Of a stretch of DNA of 64,000 nt, positions 49,531 through 61,165 are shown piece by piece. A model generated the notes under the pieces. That model searched no databases. It saw nothing but the letters and a program-made list of their open reading frames with translations, and was not told the DNA's origin. Position numbers and translations under genes: made by a program. Source of the stretch: Piromyces finnis finn (lineage: Eukaryota; Fungi; Neocallimastigomycota). Every line of letters starts with the position of its first letter. The first letter of the stretch is position 1. The DNA lies in the NCBI GenBank assembly GCA_002104945.1, contig MCFH01000045.1, positions 310,001 through 374,000 of the forward strand, read 5' to 3'.

Positions 49531-49773
49531 ATGTCACAATTATCATATTCGTACAGTGATAAGTCAAAAAATGTACTTGTTGAAAAAACAATCGAATTAA
49601 AGGAGCCAGGAAAACTAAGCATTTTAGCTGAAGAAATTGAAAAATTAAAAGTGGAAATAAATGACTATTTAACTGATCGAGTTAATGTGGAATCTGAGGA
49701 AAAAAAAAAAAATCAACAGAAAATAAATGAATCTCAAACACATAAAAGCAAAAAGCAAAAAGTTGATAATTAA
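49531..49773 (+). CDS. Small protein resembling EKC/KEOPS subunit Gon7
   Basis: LSILAEEIEKLKVEINDYLTDRV matches the Gon7 core pattern L-x2-L-x6-L-x2-(D/E)-I-N-x-(F/Y)-L-T-x-R, with an N-terminal Y-S strand and a charged tail. Confidence 0.55.
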   Translation: MSQLSYSYSDKSKNVLVEKTIELKEPGKLSILAEEIEKLKVEINDYLTDRVNVESEEKKKNQQKINESQTHKSKKQKVDN

Positions 49774-50335
49774 ACTATTTAACATTATATCCCGTTCATC
49801 TTTTCCCAAATAAATTTAAAGTAGTAATAAAAATTTCAATATAGCAATATTCAAAATGGATTATTAATAATAATATACCTGAAATAGAATTGTTATAACA
49901 TAAATTACATAATTATTAAAATTAAAAATAATTATCAATAAATTTATTTTTTTTTCTTCTTTATCTTCATTAAATATTAATCAAATGAAATAAATAATAA
50001 TTTATTAAATTACATATACTATTTATTAATAAAATTACGAAAACTGATAATAAATTTTATTTATATTTTATATAATATTGTTAAGTTCTTTAATTAATTA
50101 TAAAAACTTTTACTTTTTTTTTTTTTTTTTTAATTATTATTAGCATGTAAATATATGTATGTTGTATGTATATTAATTCAAATAATGGAAAAATGATTTA
50201 TAAATTTTCTTCAAAAAATAATTAATAATATGTACACAATGTGTTTTTTTGAGAAAAAAAGAAAAGAAAATGAAAGTAAAAAAAAAAAAAAGTACTTTAT
50301 TTTCTACCAATCCACTTCAAAAAAATAAAAATTCC

Positions 50336-53300
50336 TCATTTTTTCATTTTTCTATTAGATGAATCTTGAATAACTAGTAAGAATACTTCTTCAAGTGTTG
50401 TTTGACTTACACCCCAATTAGAAATAATATTATCTGGGTTAGAGTCTAAATACTTTATAAACTCAGGAATGTATTTAAGTTGTTCTTTAGTGAAATTGTA
50501 TATCAAAGCACCTGCACTATCATCTTCTAATTTAGCACCAGGAACAAATTCTTGAACTTTATTCTTAACTTCATCAATTTTCTTTTCTTTTGCAATCATA
50601 CTAATACGATAACCAGCACCAAATTTATTTTTTAAATGTACTCCATTGCCCATTGCTTTAATATCTCCATTAGCCATAATAATAATATCATCACCAAGAG
50701 CATCAGCCTCTTCCATAGAATGTGTAGTCTAATTTTTTAAAAATTATTTAAATTGATATTTTAAAATATTTTAGATTTTTCTTTTTTATTAAGTAAATTT
50801 ATATGCTTAGCTCATACCACAATAATACATCTATTCTTTTTAAATTTTTCAATAAATTTCCAAACATATCTTCTATTAAGTGGGTCCATACCTGTTGTTG
50901 GTTCATCAAGTAAAACAACATTTGGATCACCAATAGTAGCAATAATCATAGATAAACGTCTTTTCATACTTAATTTCAATAATTAAATATTTATTTTAAA
51001 ATTATATTAATTATATTTCATAATAAATTTGTTTTTATTTTTATTTTTATTTTTTTTTTCTATGTTTTACCCTCCAGAATAAGTATTTGTCCTAGCATCT
51101 TTTACAGTCCAAAGTTTAACAGCCTTCAATCTTTGTTCTAAAATTTTATCTAAATTATCAGTAGTCACCCCCTTTAATCCAGTATATAAACGTAAATGTT
51201 CCATAGCTGTCATATCAGCATATAGAATATCATGTTGTGGGCAAATACCTAATTCTCTTTGAACTTCATTTAAATTATTTCTTAAAGTTTTACCATAAAC
51301 TGAAACATCACCACATGATGGAGGGGTTAAACCTGCCATAATATTAATTGTTGTTGATTTTCCAGCACCATTTTGACTAATTATCATATATATGTTTATA
51401 AGTTAAATAATATTATTTTATATTAAAAAAAATACATATATTATAATATATTACCCTAAGAATACAACTCTGTATCAATTTAAAAGTAATATAATTGTTA
51501 AAAAATATTAGTAATAATTAGTAAAAAGTTATTAATATCTTAATAAAAAAAAGTATAAAAAATTAATTATTGAAACTAAAAACATACACTCTATCTTTGT
51601 CGAAAGAAAGATATGAACCCTTGACTACTTCTTTTTTATTTTTTCCGCTACCAAAGCTTTTTTTTAAATTTACAACTTTTACTGGACTTTGATTATTTGA
51701 GTCGCAAGTATAATTAATATGATCTAAATAATCTGAATCAATTTTGTTTTTATCATATGTTGGAGGATATTTTTCAGTGGTATTTTTAATCCACTCATTT
51801 CCAGAACTATTTTTATTTTTCGCTCCCCAGTAAGATGGAAGTAAAAAGTAGTAAAATGGTTGGCAATTACCAAATTCATTAGGAATAACATTATCAAAGT
51901 ATAATGTTAAAATAATAAAAATTGCAATATCTAATAACATTAATAATATACATTTTCCTGGTGTGTTAAGATAAACTAAATCCAAAACCATATTAATAAA
52001 TGAATCTGCTGGAATCACTGATAAATCTTTCATACCAAATCCAGTACCCTTAACAACAGAACCAGTAATAACATTTACCGATGAACCTGATTTTGATGAA
52101 ATATCAAAATAGACTCTTCCGAAATTGAAAAATGGTAATATGGAAAAAACTATATTTTTTATATTATTCATTGTTTTAAAAATTTATTTAAGTCATATTG
52201 TTATATAAAAGTATATTAATCATATAAACTTAAAAAAGAAACTTACTATATCTAAAGATTGAATTAACAGAATTACTCCACCAAATATATGCAAGATAAG
52301 CATTTGAAAAAAGAAAAGACTGGAAAAGGAAACCGATAATTAATACAAATATACCTGAAAGAAGTATATATTATAACAATTAAAGATAAAACAATATTCC
52401 TTATTTTAAAAATAAAATTTTTATTAAAATAATAATAAAGATGTTTATAAAATAAGGATATCAGCTGAACGAGATGAATTCACAAATGTTGTAAGTAAGA
52501 ATCCTAATGTAATCATTGCAATGCCAAAAATAAAAAATAAAATAAATAATATCTATATATATAAATGTTAATTATTTAGAGTTCTCATCCATATTATTAT
52601 ATTATATTTTAAATAAATACATACAAATATGTTGGTATTTAAAAAGAAAGAATATTGAAAGAGCATTCCAAATGCAATAGTAGCTATTGTGTTAATAAAT
52701 ATAAGAACGAAGTATATAATAAACCAGCTTAACCAATAAACACTTTTATATAAACCCATCATTTCCATACAAAAACGGATTTTACTTTCTTTTTCTGCTA
52801 CAATAGTATTTAAACAGTTAATAAAAATTACCATAGCAGAACAGAAAAAGAAAACTGAACCAAGAGATGATATAACAGATTCACCAAGATTTTCTTGAGC
52901 AATTTTAGGATAATCTTTTAAATTAACATCGAAACTTGCCTTAATATTTGGATTACCATTAGCATAGCTTGCTATAATATTTTATATTTTATAAATCATT
53001 TAATATTTTATATAATATATATTTATAATTATTTTATTATTTCATTTATTAACCAATTGCTTCATCAATTCCACGAGAAACACTTAAAACTCTTGATCCT
53101 AGAGTATCAGTTTGATTTTTATTTAAAGTTGAATTATACCATATTTGATAACGATAATTTGTAATATCATTATCTTTCTTTATATCAAATAATACACCAA
53201 AAAATGTATAATTTTGGTGATTTAATGCATAATCATACATAAAATTACTATTTGGAACATGGATTACATCGTGTCTTTTAGTAACTGTATAGCTCAATTT

Positions 53301-54037
53301 TGTTTCTAAATAATTATGTATAATAAAAATAAGTTTTTTTTTTCTTTTTCTAGTAATATAAATTTTTATTAATATTATATATTATACCATCCCAGTCTTC
53401 CCATTTACTAGAATCAGTTTCCCAATTAAGTCCCATTCTTTCATTATTTTTTTCCACGTAATTTTCTAAAATTTTATCAACTTCTGAATCTCTTTGACAA
53501 ATAGCACCATCAATACAGTTAGTAAACATTAAATTTATACAATTTCCTTCTAAATTAATTGGACCCTGAAAATATAGAATAATACATTTTCAATATATAA
53601 ATATAATATTTATATGTGAATTTTTTCATAGATATTTCATACTTTGCAATTTTCAATACCACTTAGAGGATAAGACTCTGGATGTAATATTTCTTTTCCA
53701 TTTTGATTCACTGCTAATAATTGAAGTAACTCTAAAAGAATCATTACAATAAGCGGAGTTATAATCGTCATTAAAAGAGTAGATTTCCAAAATCGCAACT
53801 AATATAATAATATTGTTATTATATTAATTCAATAGTTATTTAATAAAATAATAAAAATATATCAAAATTATAAAAATATCATTTTCATACTTGTAATACA
53901 AAGTTTTTATTTAACATTATTTTTAACTGCTTTTTCCATATCGTAAACCCACTATTTTTTTTACTATCATTATTATCCCATAACATAATATCAAAATCGT
54001 CATCATCTATGTTATTTTTATTTTTATCTTCTGTCAT
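50336..54037 (-). CDS. Half-size ABCA-subfamily transporter (paralog 'A'); many exons including a U12-type intron and a 15-nt microexon
   Basis: IVAEKESKIRFCMEMMGL, YFDNVIP.EFG, Walker A GQNGAGKST, GICPQHDIL, signature YSGGMKRRLS, Walker B LLDEPTTG, THSMEEAD, SQTTLEEVF. Confidence 0.9.
51455..51469 (-). other. 15-nt microexon (AGTTGTATTCTTAGG) in ABCA paralog A
   Basis: Bounded by tacag and gtaata. It restores DRVVVFLG|QNGAGKS, colinear with NKVVALLGQNGAGKS in paralog C. Confidence 0.8.
52364..52461 (-). other. U12-type AT-AC intron (98 nt) in ABCA paralog A
   Basis: 5' end ATATCCTTAT, branch-like TCTTTAAT about 15 nt from the 3' end, 3' end TATAC. Removal gives SRSA-V-LSGIFVLIIG; retention hits TAA. 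Confidence 0.85.
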
Positions 54038-54951
54038 TTTTTATTAATATTATAACTATTATATTATAAATTGTAAAATATTAAATATATGTATCCAAAA
54101 TTTTTATTTTTTATTTAAATAGTTTAATTTTATATATTTTACAATTTTAAAAAAAAAAAAAAAAAAAATAGAAAGAAAGAAAGGAATTATTATTCCTTTA
54201 TATTCTATAAGTTCATATCTAATATACAAAGTTTAAAATAAAGATAATATATAATTTATAAAAAGTTTAAAATACCTATCTATTTTTATATCTATTTTTT
54301 AAATAATTTTTAATAATTTTTAAAGTTAAATAATAGAAATTACACTATAACGTGTAATCGTTGTTCTAAATAAACTAAATTATCCATTCTAATTTTTTCC
54401 TTAAAAAAAATTAAGTTCTTTTTTTTTTTATTAATAAAGATTTAAGAATATTTACTTTTTATTCCAGAAACTATATTAACTGATATAGTTTATCCTCAAA
54501 AATATTTCAAATATAAATAAAAAAGGAATAATTAACTTTTAATAATATATCATTAAAAAAGCATAATTTATTGAATTATTAAATTATATATATATAAATC
54601 CTCTTAAAAATTACTATTATTAGAACAAATTACAAAAAAAAGTCTAAAAATGATATCATATATCCTTATTATTGAGATTATATATGATATATGATGATGA
54701 CATAGTATTAAATAAAATATATATGAAATATTTTTATATGACTCTTATATTTTTTATGTTATATATAGTTTATGTATTATATATTGAAATAAATGTTATA
54801 TTATATCTTATGTTTATATATATTTATTTATTTATATTTGAAATTTATTATAGCTATTTTATATTTAATACAATTATTAATGAATTATTAATAATTCATT
54901 TATTTACATACATTTAATCTAATTTATTTATATACATTTAATATAACAAAT

Positions 54952-57900
54952 CTATGATGCATCAGCATCATCATCAGAAATAATACTAAGGAATACTTCT
55001 TCTAATGATGATTGTGAAATACCCCAATCAGTTATACCATATTTTTCTTTATTATTTTCTAATTCTTCGAACAGTTTAGATATTAAACCTTTTGTTGGTA
55101 TAAATTCATATATACTTGTAGATGTTAAATCACGTACTGCTTTGTATTCAGATGGTAAAAGATTAATAATAAATTCTTTTAATTCCTTATACTTTTCTGG
55201 TTGATTACTATAAGAAAGTTTAAAACCGGATCCATATAATTCTTTAAGACGTAATTGTGTAGCACAGCAACGGAGTGTTCCGTGAGACATAATACCAATA
55301 CGATGGCATAATACTTCTGCTTCCTCCATAGAATGAGTTGTAATTATGATTGTTCTGTTTTGACTAATTTCATTTAAAATACCCCAAATTAATCTTCTAA
55401 CATCCGGATCAAGACCAGTAGTTGGTTCATCTAAAAATACTAGTTTTGGATCACCAACAAGAGCAATAGCTATACTTAAACGACGTTTTTCACCTCCACT
55501 TAAACCTTTGACTTTACTGTCTCTAAAGGATTCTAAACCAACACTGGACATACTTTCTACTATTGAAGCTTCTTCTTGATCTTGTGGAATACCTTTTAAT
55601 CTAGCATAGAATAAAAGATGTTCTTCAACTGTTAAGTCATTCCAAAGAATATCATGTTGTGGACAAATACCAATACGTTTATACACTTGATCCATATCTG
55701 TTTTAACATTAAAACCAGCCAATTTTGCATATCCATTTGTTAAAGTATAAACACCAATTAAAGAATGAATCAATGTTGTCTTTCCTGCACCATTTGGACC
55801 TAATAAACCAAATACAATACCTTCTTCAACAGCAAAAGTTACACTATGAACAGCAACATGTGGTTTACCTCCTTTAACTCTTGGGGCATATTCTTTTCTA
55901 GCATTTTTAATAATTAATGGACTGTTATGATCATATTTACCACTAATAACCCTATTTCTTTCAGCTCTTACATCATCATCTTCTAAAGTTTTTGCAGCTC
56001 TCTCTTCTTCTTCTGTATAGAATGGGTTCTTATTAGCTTCGTCGGCATTTTCAATTACTATTTTGTCCTTTCCATTAAATAATTTTTTAATTCTTGATAC
56101 AATATTTAAATGCCATGGTAAATGATTACCAAATTCTTGTGGAATAACTGCATCAAAGTATAATGAAAGAAGCATAAAGATAAAGAAATCAAAAATTAAA
56201 AACATAGTAGCAGTGAATACTTTATTACCAGGAACAAAATTAAATAATTGGTATGCTGGATTTATTTTTGAAACTGAAAGAGTTGAAAGTATACTTAAAA
56301 TATAATAAAATGCAAATGGTGGCCAAATAAAATAGAAATTTGTAGTTTCAAATATTTCGATTAAACCAAGACTGAAAACAATACTAAGTAATACAATTAA
56401 AAATGACGCAATTAATGCTGTTCCATTTCTACTAAAGAAGAATGATAAAACAAAAGCCATAGCTACTTGTATATTTGCCCATATAAAGAATACAATAATT
56501 AATACAACAATCGAGGTTTTAATAAACATATTCATATTACAAATCATTCCTGCAATTATAAAGCATGCCATAGATAGCATACTTAAGCATAAATTTGTTA
56601 TATATACAGATATATAATAAGTTGATGATTTCATTCCGTTCATATTCATCATTACTAAGAATCTTTCTTCTTTTTCTTTAACTAATCCAATTACAAAAAT
56701 TGGAATTAAGAAACTAACACCCCATGGGAATAATGCAATACCAATCATGCTAGGTAAATCAATTGGTAAACCAGATTCAATATTTTCTGGGAAGGATCTA
56801 AATCCTTGAGTTATGGAAACTTTATTATCTGTTATTTTTTTAACTATAGCATTACTTGTTTCAGTTAAGAAATATGCTAATCTTTTGCCTCTTCCAGGAA
56901 AAGACATATAGGGCGTGACGTCACCACATACCTCACAACTATATAAACTAGCCAATTTTCTATTCTCACCAACAGCAATTACTAGATTGTAATTTAATTT
57001 TTCTTCATTAACATCTTTAAAATACACTACACCATAAGGCATATAATTTACACTTTTTTTAATAGCATCTTCTGTATTATCAAAAACAGATAAATCAATT
57101 TGTTGTTTTTCTTCTTCAGTGTATGAATCAAATGAAGAATTTGATAAAATTTTATTAACCCTTTTTTTCGTTCGGAATTATTTATTTATATATAAATATT
57201 TATATTGATTTATAAATTTATATTAATATAATTATTGGTTAGTTTTAAAAATACTAATTTTTTACTTTTTTTATAAAAAAAATAATGATTTAATAAAAAT
57301 ATTATAATTACAATTTTATTCTTTTAGTTAGCAAATCATCTACATCATTATCATCATCAACTTCCAAAACTTCGAAATATGGAACTCTTTCAAAAGATAA
57401 AACACCCTTAGAAAGAGAACCTATATCTAACATATAGCGAGAATAAGTATAATCTAAATAGCCTTTATTGGATAATGTATATTGATCGGAATTAATTGTT
57501 TGGAATGTTATTCCTTTTGGTCCCTCTTTACGTTCACCAATTAATGTCTTTTCAGTCACATTATGTTTATTAACAGCAATAAAACCCCATGGTCGAATTA
57601 TATTATCTGTAATATATTTCAAAATCAATGAGTCTCTATTAGCATATTGACTTATATCAAATGCTCTTTTACTTTTACTATTATTTTTATTATTAAATAT
57701 TTTTATTTGCTTAGTAATATCTTTAAGTGCATTGTATCCTTTCATCATTTCTGAAAGTTGTTTTTGTATTATGTTTGCAATATATAGATAATTTCCATTT
57801 TTTCCTTCGATATCCACGGATGGAATAAAAAGTGTATCACGATTTATATTAGCTTCATTATTTTGAGGAACAGTATCATAAGGAAATGATTCGAAATGAT

Positions 57901-58934
57901 CATTTGAACCAAACCAATATGAACATGAATCACCATTTGGGTTATAATGACAAACACGAACATCAGGATTTCCTTGTTTTTCTTGAGAACCTGTATTAGG
58001 CAAATATAATTTGCCATTATATTCATTTGAACAATATTCATATTTTTCTGTTTTAATAATATCTCTCAATAAATATTCAATTAATAAACTCAACAAAAAG
58101 GCAATAATAATCATCATTGTTGGACACACTCTATATAAGTTATTATTAGAAAAAAAATATTTAATATATTTATTTTATAGTGTTTAAGCACAATAATATA
58201 TAGAAATATAACTTACCCAACACAACCTATAGGATTAATGTTATTTTAAGTTCATTATATAATAATTATTAATAATTATTATTATAAAATATATAAAAAT
58301 AAATCTATCTTTTTTATATATAATTACATATATTTGTTCCTAATTGTCTTTTTTGAAATGATAATGTCTTTCTGAACTAAATTGAATAAAAAATTATTAT
58401 ATATATAAAATTTATAAATTATATATTTTAATTATTATGTTATTGTTGCTTCTTCTTTCTTAATATAAATTTACCATTGCTCTAACTTGAAAACTTTTTC
58501 TACGTTCTTAGTAGAAATTTTTAAAATAAAATATTATTAAAATAACAATAAAATATATTATTATTATTAGTATTATTTTTTATTATATATATTCATTATT
58601 ATTAAAAAAAAATAGAAATATTTTTTTAATATGATAGCAAACCTGGTGGAGGTAATGAATTTCTTGTAGATGTTCTTGATATATTTGATTTTACTCTTTC
58701 AAGAGAAGTAGAGTTTTTACTTGCATTTTCGGTAATATTGATTGATTGAGATCGTAAAACTCCTTCTTTATTAATTTCTTTATTTGAAATACCAAATTCC
58801 TCTTTAAACTCTACTGCATTTTCATTACCTTTAATATTTTCTTTTTCAACTGCAATACCACTTTCATTGGCACTATTATCATTCGTAGTGTCACTCCTTT
58901 CTTCAATAATCATTAACTGTTTTTCATCTTCCAT
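54952..58934 (-). CDS. Half-size ABCA-subfamily transporter (paralog 'B', different subtype); 6 exons including a 10-nt microexon and a 2.2-kb terminal exon
   Basis: FQKRQLGTNIC|CVG|VCP, LVKEKEERFLVMMNMNGM, YFDAVIPQEFG, GPNGAGKTT, LSGGEKRRLS, FLDEPTTG, THSMEEAE, SQSSLEEVF. Confidence 0.92.
58217..58226 (-). other. 10-nt microexon (GTTGTGTTGG) in ABCA paralog B
   Basis: Bounded by ctatag and gtaagt. It connects a phase-1 donor to a phase-2 acceptor, giving TNICCVGVCP. Confidence 0.8.
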
Positions 58935-59016
58935 CTTATATTATTATTTATTATAAAAGATATAGACGACTTTAAAATATAAAAATATATATAATTCCAA
59001 CTAATATGTTTAATAC

Positions 59017-59053
<37 letters not shown>

Positions 59054-60269
59054 TAATCAAGTAAATAATAAATGTTAATTTTATATGATATAATTTAAAA
59101 ATTTTTGTTTAAATATATTTTAATTAGAATTGGAATAATCAATTTTAATTATTCCAGGATATAAAAAAAAAGTAAAAATTGTAAAAATATTTTAATCTTA
59201 TTTCTATTAATAAATGTTAATTTTTATTTTAAATAAATTGAAATTATTGATTAACTTAATATAGCAAAATGGTTAAAAAGCTTTAATAAACATAATTTTG
59301 AATTCATATAATTAATAAATAAAATAAAATATATCGTGGTAGTAATATAAAATATTTTTAAAGAATATCAAATAACTATTTATTTAAGTAAACTAAAATA
59401 AAAAGAAAAATAAATAAAAATAAAATATTTAGTTTCTTATTTCTTGTTTAATATTAGGTTATTTTTTTAAAAATAAAAAAAAAAAAGTTTAATATTCATT
59501 TAAAAATTCAATTTTTCTATTGATACATATATTATAAAAATAAAGATAAAATGATATTAAAAAAGGAAATAGAATATCATTTTAACTTTTCTATATTAAA
59601 CATAAAATAGTATAGGTTTTTTTCTTTTACACTTTAATTTTTAATGAAATAATTATTTTTAAAAAAAATCCAAATTATAAAAACTTTAATATTTCCATAA
59701 ATTTTAAAATTTTTAAATTTATTTTGGATATTATCTTGATAATAAAATTGAAAAAAAAAAAAATCAGGATATTTTCTTATAATCTTATAATATATGAAAT
59801 GTTAAATGTCAACAATTATGTCAAAGGTATAATCAATCTAATTAATAAAGTTAATTAGATTAGACTGATTAATAAAGTTCCATTTATAAATATGATTTTG
59901 TTTCTAAAAGAGATATTTATTTTATGTTTTATTAAGAAATATTCCAAATTCAAATAAAATATTCTATTATATTAGTTTTTTTCTTATCATATTGTAAGTT
60001 ACTGTTTTTATAATAATGTATACAAAATGTATGAATAGTATGTATGGTTTAATTATTAAATATTAGAAATTAGAAATTGTTTATTAAAAATACTAAATAA
60101 TAAATAAAACATAGTATATGAATATTAAAGACCCTTTTATACTTAGTTTCTTAAATGGAAACTGAATCATATATGTATTATTATTCTTTCTTTTTTTTAA
60201 CATCAGAAATATTTTAAAACCTTTATTTAAAAAATAAATTTTATTAAACATAAATGAAAACAAAATATT

Positions 60270-60510
60270 AATCTTCATTGGTTACGCTGGCCTTATTGAC
60301 CTGTTTCATTTTTTAAGAATTGACGTTCCTGGTCATTAAATATTGTTGGCTAATAATATAAGGCATTATTATGGTTAGAAGTTTCACATTGGATGTCAAA
60401 AATAGAAATAATTTAACAATAACAATTCAAGGGAATGAATTGTTATTGTTAAACTTTCTTCCAGAAAGGAATTTAATTATCCCTTACCCACACTAAAATA
60501 ATTATACTCG
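60270..60510. ncRNA. Candidate structured non-coding element (identity and strand unknown)
   Basis: Locally GC-richer, with a perfect 18-bp hairpin at 60412-60453, a 6-bp hairpin at 60454-60468, and nested pairings GCCTTAT/ATAAGGC and TGACC/GGTCA. Confidence 0.35.
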
Positions 60511-61165
60511 GTAAATAAATTATTAAAATTGTTATTAAGTATATTTCATATTTTCTCTAATTAATATTTTATATATAGTATAAATAAATTTTAAAAAACA
60601 TAATATTATACATTATCAAAATACTGTAAAAAAAAAAAAAAAAAAAGTTACCACAAATGTTTTTAATAAAACCTAAAAATAAATTAACTTTTCCTTTTAT
60701 AAATTTAATAAATAATACATTTATTTATTCATTTATTTATATATTTTAGTAAATTTTTAATAATTAATAATGTAATCCTCTTTTATTTTTTATTCTTGTG
60801 TAAAAGAAAAAAAAATAAAAATATATTTATAGATTGATAATGATATAATATATAATTTCTTTTTTTTTTATCTTTTTATATTAAATGTTATAATTGTTAT
60901 TTTTGATTAATTCAATTAATAATTATATTATTTGCTTATAATTAATTCAATTATAAATAAATATATTTTTCTTTTAATGAATTGAATTACAGTTATTTTT
61001 TATTGTTATTTTTAATAAATTGATAAATATGATATTATGAAAATTGATAATATTATTATTAATAATTGATTATTTAAATTGAACTTTTTATAATTATTTG
61101 TTTTCTTTTTATCGTTTAATACATGTATATAAAAAGTATTTATAATAATATATTTTTAAATAGTA

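Noticed and set aside
59835-59879. 11-bp hairpin AATCTAATTAA/TTAATTAGATT with a repeated ATTAATAAAGTT
   Set aside because: It is real but almost entirely A/T, so plausible by chance or local slippage at this composition. No supporting context.
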